64,000 nt of DNA, taken from NCBI GenBank assembly GCA_943370145.1, contig CALRPY020000008.1, positions 24,328 to 88,327 of the forward strand, written 5' to 3'. How positions within the stretch are numbered: position 1 is the first letter of the stretch; the number at the start of each line of letters is the position of its first letter. The position numbers and the translations under genes are program-made. The stretch is from Hydrogenophaga intermedia. Its GTDB lineage: Bacteria > Pseudomonadota > Gammaproteobacteria > Ga0077536. The notes under the pieces are model-generated. The model searched no databases and was not told the DNA's origin. It saw only the letters and a program-made list of their open reading frames with translations. Positions 25,030 to 34,760 of this stretch are shown piece by piece.

Positions 25030-26265
25030 ATGAAAGGTGCAAGGGTGCGAAGAGTATTGTTTGTCAATCGGTTCTTCTGGCCAGACCAGTCCGCCACCTC
25101 TCGTGTGCTCACTGACCTGGCGTTTCACATTGCCGCACTTGATGAGTTTGAGGTTCATGTCGTCTGTTCGCGCCATCTGTATGAGGATCCGGCGGCGAAT
25201 TTGCCCGCAGAAAGCAATGAAGCCGGAGTAGAGGTCCATCGTCTATGGACAACACAATTCGGCCGCGGGAACCTCTTCGGTCGAAGTACAGATTATTTGA
25301 CGTTTTATTTCTCGACGTTGATATGGCTGCTAGCTAACTGTAGCTACGGCGACGTTGTTGTGGCCAAAACCGACCCTCCCCTCATATCAGTCGTTGCGTG
25401 GTTTGCTGCACGGATAAAACGCGCGACGCTTGTCAATTGGCTTCAGGACTTGTTCCCAGAGGTTGCGCGTGCGCTGGGCGTGAAGCTTGTGCAAGGCGCC
25501 ATTTTTTCCTTGCTCTTCGAGCTTAGAAACAAAAGCTTGCGCGCCGCAACTGTGAATGTAGTCATAGGCAAAGCAATGGAAGCGCGTGTCAACTGTTTGC
25601 TTGCTGGGCGCTCATCAGTTGAAACAATTGAAAACTGGGTGCAAGGAGACGCCGTCACTTCAGTGCCGCATGAATACAACGAGCTGCGCAAAACGTGGGG
25701 GTTGAATCCATATTTTGTTATTGGATATTCAGGAAACTTAGGTCGAGCACATAACTACCAAACAATAGTGGACGCTGCCGAGCAATTGCGCGACTTATCG
25801 GATTTACGCTTTTTGATCATCGGTGGGGGGGCGTCAGTCGATAAGCTAAAAAGCGAGCTACGCACTCGCAATCTAGGTGGGTTCATTTTCAAGCCATACC
25901 AGTCCGAAAAGCGTCTTAGTCAGAGTCTTTCTGCTGCGGATGTTCATTTAGTGACTCTACTATCCGAAGCTGAAGGGTTGATAGTGCCAAGCAAGATTTA
26001 TGGAATTTTAGCGGCGGGAAGACCAGTGATATTCGTGGGGCGAATTGATCAGCAACTCTCAAATTTGATATCCACGCATAAATGCGGCGCTCAGGTAGCC
26101 GACTGGGACCAAGGACGAAGCCTTGCGCAATTTCTTCGTGACTTATATGAACGCCGTGACATGGCACGCGCGATGGGGATCTCGAGTCGAAAACTATTCG
26201 AGGAAAACTTCGCTTCTCAGTACTCTCTTAAAAAATGGGAAGACTTGTTTCGTGCTCTCTCCTAA
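25030..26265 (+). CDS. Glycosyltransferase (WcaI/WbuB-like, GT4)
   Basis: 'RVLFVNRFFWPDQSATSRVLTDLAFHIA' N-terminus typical of WcaI-type GT4 enzymes. 'GYSGNLGRAHN' and 'IVPSKIYGILAAGRPVIFVG' in the C-terminal half. Confidence 0.75.
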   Translation: MKGARVRRVLFVNRFFWPDQSATSRVLTDLAFHIAALDEFEVHVVCSRHLYEDPAANLPAESNEAGVEVHRLWTTQFGRGNLFGRSTDYLTFYFSTLIWLLANCSYGDVVVAKTDPPLISVVAWFAARIKRATLVNWLQDLFPEVARALGVKLVQGAIFSLLFELRNKSLRAATVNVVIGKAMEARVNCLLAGRSSVETIENWVQGDAVTSVPHEYNELRKTWGLNPYFVIGYSGNLGRAHNYQTIVDAAEQLRDLSDLRFLIIGGGASVDKLKSELRTRNLGGFIFKPYQSEKRLSQSLSAADVHLVTLLSEAEGLIVPSKIYGILAAGRPVIFVGRIDQQLSNLISTHKCGAQVADWDQGRSLAQFLRDLYERRDMARAMGISSRKLFEENFASQYSLKKWEDLFRALS

Positions 26266-26320
26266 CGAGCATTTAATTCGCCATCTCGTGTACAGCAGAG
26301 ATGAGTAACATCTTTGGGTT

Positions 26321-27697
26321 TTGACAATTTCTCAACCGACAATGACCAGCCAACTTTCGAATGTGGCGATGACTGCAAAGCGACCAGTGAGAATGCCATC
26401 CTTGAGATCGTTAATGCCGATTGAAAACAGTATGGCATTGCGCTTACTTGTCGTTCGAATTCTAGGGGCGGGCGCGTCCTTTCTCGTTGGGCTGTACATA
26501 GCTAGGCAATATGGTGCCGAGACTTCGGGAGCTTATTATCTGTTTCTGGCGATCACTACAGCTGGCGCAATGCTGTCGAGGCTAGGTCTCGATGGCGCCT
26601 TGACGAAGTCCTTCTCAAAGGCTCTATCTAATCAGAAGCGCGCTCAGGCCAATAGCATTTGGCTCTATTGCAGCGGAATTACAATTCTCTTGGCTTTGAC
26701 TATCTCTGCTGGCATCGGAATATGGGGAGAACCCATTCTAGCTCGGACTCTGGGGGCAGAGGCAAGCTCCTTCAAAATTTGTCTCATGCTGTGCGTGCCG
26801 TTCATGGCGCTGCAAAACATCAACTTTGGTGCCCTAAGGTGTTTGCACTGTCAGACAACCGCTGTTGTTCTGGAAACTGTGCTGACGCCAGCTACTACTA
26901 TCACGCTTTTGGTGTTCGAACTGCTCAAGCCATTGGGCAGTGCTGGTCTCCATGTCGTTTCAGCTTTTGTGATTGCTTGCGCAATCACAAGTTCTACGGC
27001 GGCTATTGCGGTTGCGCGTAAGCTTTCCTGGAGTGATGGCATCGGCGGCGTTCCGCAACGAGCCATGTGGCGGGTCGCGCAGAATCTTCTGTTGATTTCC
27101 CTGATTGGGCATCTTACTGAGTCAGTCTCTACGTACGTGCTCACTGCGTACGCGACCCTCGAGCAAGTGGGTATTTTTAATTTGTGCCTGCGGCTCGTGA
27201 TCCTTACTGGGCTTGCTGTTTCTGTAACTGATGGAATTAACGCTCCAAAGTTCGCCGTTCTTTTTGAGCAAGGAAAGCTTCGAGAAATTGAGTTGCTTGC
27301 GAGCAAAGCGATGGCCTTTAACCTACTGTTTGGCGCAGGTCCCCTACTTTTTATGTTTGCGTTTCCGTCCTGGACCTTGAGTCTCTTCGGGCAGGGCTTT
27401 GTTCCTGGCGCAACCGCATTACGAATTCTCGCGCTGGGTCAGTTAGGAATGCTTGCCTGTGGGTCGGTGGGGTACTTGCTGCTTATGGCCGGCAAGGAGC
27501 GCGCTGTTCTGCGCTCGTGGATATGTAGTCTTGCTCTTCAGGTGTTTGTTATTGGCTTAACTCTTCAAGAATACGGGGCAGAGGCGGCTGCATTAGCATG
27601 GACTGCCGCGCTGCTTCTGAGAAACGCGTTCGCCGTGAAAGTAAGCGCACGCGAAGTAGGGGTCAGGCTTAGGCTGTTTGCCTGGCTTCGCGATTAA
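26321..27697 (+). CDS. Polysaccharide flippase (Wzx/MOP superfamily)
   Basis: About 12 predicted hydrophobic segments over roughly 440 aa and typical Wzx size. Low GC. The start (TTG 26321 or a downstream Met) is uncertain. Confidence 0.65.
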   Translation: MTISQPTMTSQLSNVAMTAKRPVRMPSLRSLMPIENSMALRLLVVRILGAGASFLVGLYIARQYGAETSGAYYLFLAITTAGAMLSRLGLDGALTKSFSKALSNQKRAQANSIWLYCSGITILLALTISAGIGIWGEPILARTLGAEASSFKICLMLCVPFMALQNINFGALRCLHCQTTAVVLETVLTPATTITLLVFELLKPLGSAGLHVVSAFVIACAITSSTAAIAVARKLSWSDGIGGVPQRAMWRVAQNLLLISLIGHLTESVSTYVLTAYATLEQVGIFNLCLRLVILTGLAVSVTDGINAPKFAVLFEQGKLREIELLASKAMAFNLLFGAGPLLFMFAFPSWTLSLFGQGFVPGATALRILALGQLGMLACGSVGYLLLMAGKERAVLRSWICSLALQVFVIGLTLQEYGAEAAALAWTAALLLRNAFAVKVSAREVGVRLRLFAWLRD

Positions 27698-27740
27698 TCT
27701 GGCGAAGTCTCGGCCAAAGCCGTGCTGAAAAGGTTCTGAT

Positions 27741-29015
27741 ATGGATGTGAATAACAATTTGCGGGTCAATAGCATCCCAGTGATGCTGGTATTGCCGTTT
27801 ATTAGTATTTTTTTCGATTCCCTTATTAATTACTTCCTAGTTAGAAGCGGTCCGCCCTTGCCGGTTAATTTCTTTTCGCTCCTTCTAATTCTGGGGGCGC
27901 TATTTAAGTACGGCCTAAAAGTTCTCCCGATCAAGTCCGTATTTACCTGGTGGATGACTTCAATCTCGCTATCGTTCGTGATCGGTATTTTGACAGCACC
28001 TGATATTGGTCTTATTAGAATAAATCAGGCACTGGGCATGCTCGCCGCTTATTTCGGCGGCTATTTGGCCTTCAGGTGGCTTTCGAGCGAGGACTGGATT
28101 GCGAAGCTTTTTATATCGATAGTTGGTGTGTACGTCGTCGTATGTTTGCTCGCGTTGTGGAAGGCGGCACCAAACTACTTCCCATTAGATGTTGAATACT
28201 GGTCCCTAGAAGGAGTCCCACAGCCTCGGCCGGCGGTGACAACCAATCAGAATTTCCAAATTTTCTACTTATTTCCTTGCGCCGTATTAATCGCGCTGCC
28301 ATTCAAAGCAATCCGGTTTTTATTCGTAAGTATTTTAATTATTTCGACCTATTACATTCTTGCGCAAGTTCAAACGCGGAGCGGAGTGGCGGCATTTGCT
28401 GGGGGCGTCCTGTTGGCAGCTGTCTCTCCTTTGTGGACGCCTGAATTGGGACGCAAGAAAATATTGTTTTTTATTGCGGTGGGAGTCAGTGGGCTGTTTT
28501 TTGTTGCGCCAATAATTCTGAGCTGGGCTGAGCTACTCCTGTACCGCTTTTCGAATGATGACTATGGGACGGGGCGCGGTCGCTTGATTAGCTTTCTTTA
28601 CCTGTTTGAGCACCTATGGGACCCCATGTGGTGGTTGCCGCGGGGAAGTCAGGAGTTTATCGATCGAACGGGGGATTTCGCCCACTCGAATATTACGTCC
28701 ATGTTTCTGAATGGTGGACTTCTTGGTCTTGCCGGATGGTTAGCTGTGGTGTGCTATCCGCTAATTGTTCTGACCAAAATGTTTCTTAAGCGGCAATTAG
28801 ACTCAGCGGCCACGTTAGTTTGGTGTGCCTTGGTAATTGTTTGGGTTACGCAGATGTCGCTAGACGTGGCGGTTCAGAAATACATATGGATTTGGGCTGG
28901 GGCCGGTGTGGCCACAATGGAGAGGATTCAAAGAAAGCGAAAATTGGGTGAGCAAGCAACCTACAAAAGTAATTTGCGAGCAGGGAACAGAAACTTCGCC
29001 AATTTGATGCCATGA
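27741..29015 (+). CDS. O-antigen ligase/polymerase-like (Wzy-type) integral membrane protein
   Basis: Polytopic membrane protein. It has a larger loop 'RFSNDDYGTGRGRLISFLYLFEHL...FAHSNITSMFLNGGLLGL' reminiscent of the Wzy_C/O-antigen ligase region. XrtA loci commonly carry such a gene. Confidence 0.6.
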   Translation: MDVNNNLRVNSIPVMLVLPFISIFFDSLINYFLVRSGPPLPVNFFSLLLILGALFKYGLKVLPIKSVFTWWMTSISLSFVIGILTAPDIGLIRINQALGMLAAYFGGYLAFRWLSSEDWIAKLFISIVGVYVVVCLLALWKAAPNYFPLDVEYWSLEGVPQPRPAVTTNQNFQIFYLFPCAVLIALPFKAIRFLFVSILIISTYYILAQVQTRSGVAAFAGGVLLAAVSPLWTPELGRKKILFFIAVGVSGLFFVAPIILSWAELLLYRFSNDDYGTGRGRLISFLYLFEHLWDPMWWLPRGSQEFIDRTGDFAHSNITSMFLNGGLLGLAGWLAVVCYPLIVLTKMFLKRQLDSAATLVWCALVIVWVTQMSLDVAVQKYIWIWAGAGVATMERIQRKRKLGEQATYKSNLRAGNRNFANLMP

Positions 29016-30214
29016 GTTTAAAAAAAATATTAATCGCTTGCTCCTCGCCTCCTGACCGAGATGGGGGAATTTGCTCGTATTCGAAAGAACTCACTGAGGC
29101 CTTGGTTCGCCAGGGGAAGGCGGTTTTTTACGCGTCGCCCAAGCCAAACGATTTTTCTTGGGTTAATGCGCACGCTTCCGGTTTCCTGGGTACGTCGCCG
29201 CGCGACGATCAGGCGGAGAGATGTCGGTCATTATTGAAGTTCATCTCAGATAACAAAATCGAGGCCGCTATCAATAATGACAATTCAGTTCTTCAGAGCG
29301 TGGCTCCGTGGCTAAATATTCCATTAATCGTGATCGGCCATATGGACCAGTTCTCTATTGCAACAGTTGCTTGTCATGAAAGTGATTGGGCGGACTATGT
29401 AGTTGCAATTTCCTACGACATGCGCAAAACGTTTATTGCGCGAGGCGTAGCCGCATATAAATGTCCTGTTATATACAACGGCGTGCGTGATCCGGGACTC
29501 AACGTGCGTGACCAGGCAACGCGACGTGCGTTACGCGTAGTATTCGTTGGAGACACCAAGCGAAAAGGCATGGATTTGGTTGCCTCAAGCCTTCGCATGA
29601 ATGCTACGGCTTGGGATGGTATCGAGCTTAGTTGGTTTGGAAATATCCCGGAGAAGCTTGGGTCTAGCTTAAAGCAGGCGACACCCAGCCTACGACTTGA
29701 GGGGAAAGTGCCGCGTTCTGAGTTTGAAGAAGCACTTAAAAGCGCGGACATTCTGCTTCTTCCTTCGAGGGCGGAAGGCTGCCCCATGGCTATGCTAGAA
29801 GCAATTAGCAGGGGCGTGGTGCCGGTTGTCTCCGACGGTGTCGGCGCGATGCGATGGATGGTTGACAGTGGTGTAGATGGTTTCGTCTGCTCTCTCAACA
29901 ATTGGCCTGCAGAGTCGCTTAATTGCCTTAAGTTCCTCAAGAGCAACCCAGACGTTTTGGCGGAAATGTCGTTAAAGGCTCGCGAGAGGTTCATTCGCCA
30001 ATTCGATATCAGTTTTACGGCGGAGAAGTTGGTCACTCTTCTCAGCCGCCCGACTGTCCAAAGAATGATTAAGCCGGAGGTGATTCAGGTCCTGCGGTGG
30101 CACAGAACGCCAGCCGGCTCAGGAAAGGCGTCTCTATGGGAGAGATTCTGTTTTCGATTTGGGGTTAAGCGCATTGCGGGATCGTTATCACAGTGTGATT
30201 CGAATGTTCAGTAA
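29012..30214 (+). CDS. Glycosyltransferase, GT-B fold (family 4/1)
   Basis: 'ILIACSSPPDRDGGICSYSKEL' N-terminus and 'ADILLLPSRAEGCPMAMLEAISRGVVPVVSDGVGAM' EX7E block. Confidence 0.75.
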   Translation: MSLKKILIACSSPPDRDGGICSYSKELTEALVRQGKAVFYASPKPNDFSWVNAHASGFLGTSPRDDQAERCRSLLKFISDNKIEAAINNDNSVLQSVAPWLNIPLIVIGHMDQFSIATVACHESDWADYVVAISYDMRKTFIARGVAAYKCPVIYNGVRDPGLNVRDQATRRALRVVFVGDTKRKGMDLVASSLRMNATAWDGIELSWFGNIPEKLGSSLKQATPSLRLEGKVPRSEFEEALKSADILLLPSRAEGCPMAMLEAISRGVVPVVSDGVGAMRWMVDSGVDGFVCSLNNWPAESLNCLKFLKSNPDVLAEMSLKARERFIRQFDISFTAEKLVTLLSRPTVQRMIKPEVIQVLRWHRTPAGSGKASLWERFCFRFGVKRIAGSLSQCDSNVQ

Positions 30215-31076
30215 TAAAGCGCTCGTGGCGTGTGTTTTCTTATTGGGTAGTGCTTTTGCGCAAGCCAAAGAATTTATCGTTTATGACGCAACTCAATACG
30301 AACACAAACCAGATCTTAGGCGGTATGGCATCATGCCGATGCCCGTTCTATACGATCAGTGGGCATACAATGACCGATCGGCTAAGTACAAAAAGGAAAA
30401 CCTGCCCGACCGTGCCATGCTAGCTGCTCGCGTAAAAAAAGAAGCGAGAAGTAGCGGCGTGATCGTGCTTGATTTTGAGTCATGGCCTGTTATGGGCTAC
30501 TCAAATATGCCGTGGGTCATGTCTCGTAGCGCAGAAAAGTACGTAAATGTGTTGCGCTGGGTGAAAAGCGATGTGCCAAAAATTAAGGTCGGATTCTTCG
30601 GAATAGTTCCGCCCAGCGACTATCTTGCGACCATTGCAGAGCCTTCCAGTAGGCGGTACCAGCAGTGGATTAGAGATAATAATTTAGTTAAAGCAATTGC
30701 CAATGAAATAGACATAGCTTTTCCTTCGGTTTACACGTATTCCGCTGACAGGTCGTTATGGAAGAGGTCTTTGCGCGCCCAGGTTTCAGAAGCTCGGCGT
30801 TTGTTTGGGGGGGCGGTTTACGTATTCATTTGGCCTCAGTATTTCGACCATGCGCCGGCAGATCCTGAGCTTTGGCTAAAATATATGGACGGTGAATTTT
30901 GGCGCTTTCAACTAGACGAAGTGCGCGCTGTGGCCGATGGCGTGGTTGTCTGGGGCGGTTGGGATTTTGAGCGCAATAGGCCAGCAAAGTGGGATCCGAA
31001 CGCCGCGTGGTGGCAAGAAACCAAGCGTTTCTCCGAGTCGAACAAGTTAAAACATCGTGAAAGCGTTCCAAAATAG
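30204..31076 (+). CDS. Secreted protein with GH56 (hyaluronidase)-like motif series; putative EPS glycoside hydrolase
   Basis: Signal peptide MFSNKALVACVFLLGSAFAQA. Ordered motifs 'GVIVLDFESWP' (D90-F-E92), 'VGFFGIVP', 'IAFPSVYTY' and 'ADGVVVWGGW' parallel bee-venom/human hyaluronidase 'GVIDFESWRP', 'WGYYAYP', 'LLPSVY' and 'ADGFIIWG' (comparison sequences recalled from memory). Confidence 0.5.
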   Translation: MFSNKALVACVFLLGSAFAQAKEFIVYDATQYEHKPDLRRYGIMPMPVLYDQWAYNDRSAKYKKENLPDRAMLAARVKKEARSSGVIVLDFESWPVMGYSNMPWVMSRSAEKYVNVLRWVKSDVPKIKVGFFGIVPPSDYLATIAEPSSRRYQQWIRDNNLVKAIANEIDIAFPSVYTYSADRSLWKRSLRAQVSEARRLFGGAVYVFIWPQYFDHAPADPELWLKYMDGEFWRFQLDEVRAVADGVVVWGGWDFERNRPAKWDPNAAWWQETKRFSESNKLKHRESVPK

Positions 31077-31425
31077 GGTCGACCTAAAGTTCGAAGACTG
31101 GGAGAGCTTGAGGTACGTAGCCTGTAATTTAATCGGGCGAGGATGCGGCTGTTGTTGGTCGGGCGCGAGGTGTCAAAGTGGCAATAGCAACACGGTGTTG
31201 GCGGTGCTTCGTGCTCAAGTCTTATCAAGCCCCAGTGGCCGAATTCGCTTTAGCTCATGCTTGATTGGCCACAGAGGCAGGATTTAATGCTGCTCGACAG
31301 CGAGTTGGGAGAACCGCTTTGGTTTCTGCGGATGTGAAGACGACATTGATACGAAAGAATCATTCAGATAGGCGAGTAAGAAATTTTCATGGCCGGGGAA
31401 TGCCTGCCATGCATGAGCGTTTCCT

Positions 31426-33015
31426 ATGAAACCCGATGTTCCGCGTATTGCCAATGGCGAGTGGCGAATGGCGCCGGCGCTCTGGGGTGTGTTGCTGATA
31501 GGGATCATGCTTGCGATTGCGCTGTCGTTTGACGGCATCAGCTACATGATCGACTACTGGCTCGACCGCGAAGAATACAGCCACGGCATCCTCATTCCTT
31601 TCATCGCCCTCTACCTCATCTGGCAGAAGCAACCCGAACTTGCGCGTCTCCCGTTCCCCGGCGCCTGGTCCGGCCTTGCGCTCACGCTGATCGGGCTTGC
31701 CGTGTACTACGCCGGTGAACTCAGCTCCCTGTATACCATTGTCCAGTACGGCTTCCTTATTCTGCTCTACGGCCTGGTGCTGAGCCTCACCGGCTGGCGC
31801 GCCTTCGTCATCGTGGCGATCCCGCTGCTGGTGCTGAGCTTCATGATCCCGCTGCCGAATTTCCTCTACAACAACCTCTCGGCGAAGCTGCAACTGCTGT
31901 CTTCCGAAATCGGGGTGGCGGTCATCCGCGGCTTCGGCATCAGCGTGTTCCTGGAAGGCAACGTCATCGACCTCGGCACCTACAAGCTGCAGGTGGTCGA
32001 GGCCTGCAACGGGCTGCGCTATCTCTTCCCGTTGATGACCCTCGGCTTCATCGTGGCCTACCTCTACCGGGCGGCGTTCTGGAAGCGGGCGATCATTTTC
32101 CTCTCCACCATGCCCATCACGGTGCTCATGAACAGCTTCCGCATCGGGGTCATTGGGGTGATGGTCGACCGCTGGGGCCAGTCCATGGCGGAAGGGTTCC
32201 TGCACGACTTCGAAGGCTGGGTCATTTTCATGGCCTGCTTCGCGGTTCTGTTCCTTGAAATGTGGTTTCTTATGCGCATCACCGGGGACCGCCGCCCGCT
32301 GGTGGCGGTTTTCGGGCTGGAGGCGCCCACGGCGCCGTCCGCGGAAGAGGGCGTCCCACTGCAACGCAAGATTCCGCTGCCGTTCATTGCCTCGCTGGCG
32401 GTGCTGGGACTTGCCGTCGCGGCGGGTGCCGCGCTGCCGGAGCGCGTGGAGGTGGCCCAGCCGCGCAAGGAGTTCAGCGAATTCCCGCTCGCGCTGGGCA
32501 ACTGGCAGGGCAAGGCGGAGCCGATGGAGCAGGTCTACATCGATGCCCTCAAGTTCACGGACTATGCCCTTGCAAACTACCAGGACGACGCCGGCCACGT
32601 GGTGAACTTCTACTCCGCCTACTATGCATCGCAGCGCAAGGGTGAATCCGTTCACTCGCCGCGCTCCTGCCTGCCGGGCGGGGGCTGGGAGATCCAGTCC
32701 CTGACCCAGCGGGACATTCCCGGGGTGGAGGTTGGGGGCGTGCCGCTGCGGGTGAATCGGGTGCTCATCAGCTATGGCGAGCAGAAGCAGGTGGTCTACT
32801 ACTGGTTCCAGCAGCGTGGCCGGGTGATGACCAACGAATACCTGGTCAAATGGAACATGCTCGTGGATGCCATCGCGCGCAATCGAACGGACGGCGCGCT
32901 CGTGCGGCTGACCATTCCGCTCAGGGAGGGGCAGAATGTGGATGAACTGGATAACGCGCTGTCGCGCTTCGCCAATGACATAAGCGGGTTGCTCCCCGCT
33001 TACATCCCGAACTAG
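31426..33015 (+). CDS. xrtA: Exosortase A (XrtA/EpsH) fused to a C-terminal EpsI-family domain
   Basis: Polytopic N-terminal half with 'VVEACNGLRYLFPL' (catalytic Cys, codon 32005-32007), 'NSFRIGVIGV' (Arg) and 'FLHDFEGWVIF' (His). The C-terminal soluble half 'LGNWQG...VNFYSAYYASQRKGESVHSPRSCLPGGGW...VVYYWF' is EpsI-like. Confidence 0.85.
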   Translation: MKPDVPRIANGEWRMAPALWGVLLIGIMLAIALSFDGISYMIDYWLDREEYSHGILIPFIALYLIWQKQPELARLPFPGAWSGLALTLIGLAVYYAGELSSLYTIVQYGFLILLYGLVLSLTGWRAFVIVAIPLLVLSFMIPLPNFLYNNLSAKLQLLSSEIGVAVIRGFGISVFLEGNVIDLGTYKLQVVEACNGLRYLFPLMTLGFIVAYLYRAAFWKRAIIFLSTMPITVLMNSFRIGVIGVMVDRWGQSMAEGFLHDFEGWVIFMACFAVLFLEMWFLMRITGDRRPLVAVFGLEAPTAPSAEEGVPLQRKIPLPFIASLAVLGLAVAAGAALPERVEVAQPRKEFSEFPLALGNWQGKAEPMEQVYIDALKFTDYALANYQDDAGHVVNFYSAYYASQRKGESVHSPRSCLPGGGWEIQSLTQRDIPGVEVGGVPLRVNRVLISYGEQKQVVYYWFQQRGRVMTNEYLVKWNMLVDAIARNRTDGALVRLTIPLREGQNVDELDNALSRFANDISGLLPAYIPN

Positions 33016-33033
33016 CCGTCCAGGGCGACCGGG

Positions 33034-34677
33034 GTGCTGGCCAGCCTGTCATTCATCGTGGCGATGTTCAGCACCATGTTGCTGATCCCGCCGCTCATGC
33101 GCATGGCCGTGCGCTTCAAAATCGTGGACCTGCCCGACCCCCGCAAGGTCCACGCCTTCCCGGTGCCGCGTATCGGCGGCATTGCGATGATTGTCGCCGC
33201 GGTGGCGCTGATCCTGCTGTGGGCGCCGCGTACCGATACCGTGCTGTGGTATCTGGCGGGCGTGGGGGTGATTGCAGTGTTTGGCGTCTGGGACGACCGC
33301 AGCCCGCTGAATTACCGCCTTAAGTTCCTGGGCCAGTTGCTGGCCACCCTGTGCGTGGTCCTGGGGGGAGACATTTCCATCCACTTCCTGCCTTTCCTTG
33401 GGGTGGAAGCCGTGCCCAACTGGGTGTCGATCCCCCTCACGGTGTTCGCCCTCCTGGGCATTACAAACGCGATCAACCTCGCCGACGGCCTGGACGGGCT
33501 GGCCGGCGGCACCACCTTCATCAGCATCGCCGTGATTGCGCTGCTGGCCTTTATGGCCGACGACGCCACGCTGCTGATGTTGTGCACCGCAATTTTGGGC
33601 AGCATCGTCGGTTTCCTGCGCTTCAATACCCACCCGGCCCAGGTCTTCATGGGAGACGCCGGCAGCCAGTTTCTGGGATTCTCCGCCGGGGTGCTGGTAA
33701 TCATCCTGACCCAGCAGAGCAATCCGGCCATCAGCCCCGTGATTCCATTGCTTATCCTGGGCTTGCCGATTCTCGACACCCTGCTGGTGATGGGGCAGCG
33801 CATTTACGAGGGGCGCTCGCCCTTCAAGCCGGACAAGAACCACATTCACCATCGGCTGCTCGCGCTGGGCTTCGACCAGTACGAAGCGGTTGTGGTGATC
33901 TATGCGATCCAGGCGGTGATGGTCACCAGCGCGGTGCTCATGCGCTATGAATCGGATGTCCTGAACGCGATCTGGTTCGTGGCGCTGTGCGCGGCCGTGC
34001 TGCTGCTCTTTCGTATCGCGAACCGTGCCGGCTGGAAGGCCCACGGGCGCCACCACCAGGCTACCCAGTCCGCGCTGGCGCGCATGGCGGAACGCATCAA
34101 GCGCACAGGGTTGCTGGTGCGTGGGCCACTGCTCTATCTAGGGGCGGCGATTCCCGGTTACCTGCTCTACGTCATCTGGCAGTGCAAAGGCGTCCCCCAG
34201 GACGCCGCGATAACACTGTCGGTCCTGCTGGCGATCGCCATCGCGCTGTTGTTCGCCTATCGCTATCGACCTTGGATAACGGTGGTAGACCGCACCGTGA
34301 TTTGTACCACCATCACGGCGGGGGTGTATTACGGCGTTGAAGCATCGCCGGGGGAACAGGCCCGGACAATTGAAAACGCCGTGTTCGTGGGCCTGGTCAT
34401 CGCGATCATCCTCTTGTATCGCTATTCGAAGAGCCGCAGCTTCAAGGTTTCCTCGATGGACTTCCTTGTCATCTTCGCGGTGATGGTCCTGCCCAACCTG
34501 CTTGGCCAGGACATCGCGCAGACCCGGCTCAGCGAGGTCGCCACCAAGGCGGTATTGCTGTACTACGGTGTGGAATTGGCCATCTCTCAGTTACCAGGGC
34601 GTACCCGCTGGGTGAGGGTGGCGATGGCGAGTGTGCTGGCCGTGTTCGTGGCGCGGGTGCTCCTGGTCCAGGTGTAA
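33034..34677 (+). CDS. Polyprenyl-phosphate N-acetylhexosamine-1-phosphate transferase (WecA/MraY family, GT4) with an extended C-terminal membrane domain
   Basis: '[20 protein letters not shown]', '[15 protein letters not shown]', '[12 protein letters not shown]' and '[10 protein letters not shown]' are MraY/WecA-family motifs. About 200 extra hydrophobic residues at the C-terminus. Confidence 0.8.
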   Translation: MLASLSFIVAMFSTMLLIPPLMRMAVRFKIVDLPDPRKVHAFPVPRIGGIAMIVAAVALILLWAPRTDTVLWYLAGVGVIAVFGVWDDRSPLNYRLKFLGQLLATLCVVLGGDISIHFLPFLGVEAVPNWVSIPLTVFALLGITNAINLADGLDGLAGGTTFISIAVIALLAFMADDATLLMLCTAILGSIVGFLRFNTHPAQVFMGDAGSQFLGFSAGVLVIILTQQSNPAISPVIPLLILGLPILDTLLVMGQRIYEGRSPFKPDKNHIHHRLLALGFDQYEAVVVIYAIQAVMVTSAVLMRYESDVLNAIWFVALCAAVLLLFRIANRAGWKAHGRHHQATQSALARMAERIKRTGLLVRGPLLYLGAAIPGYLLYVIWQCKGVPQDAAITLSVLLAIAIALLFAYRYRPWITVVDRTVICTTITAGVYYGVEASPGEQARTIENAVFVGLVIAIILLYRYSKSRSFKVSSMDFLVIFAVMVLPNLLGQDIAQTRLSEVATKAVLLYYGVELAISQLPGRTRWVRVAMASVLAVFVARVLLVQV

Positions 34678-34760
34678 GCAGACAGGCAGCGCGGCGCTCG
34701 CCCCGCGCGGGCTTGCATGAAAAAATGGCGGCATCACGCCAAGGATCCGGAGCCTTTCGA

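Noticed and set aside
31077-31425. Small ORFs (31057..31287 +, 31284..31538 -, 30908..31228 -) in the spacer between the GH56-like gene and xrtA.
   Set aside because: They have no recognisable motifs, show poor coding character, and overlap each other. The region is better explained as the right-hand junction of the low-GC cassette and the promoter region of xrtA.
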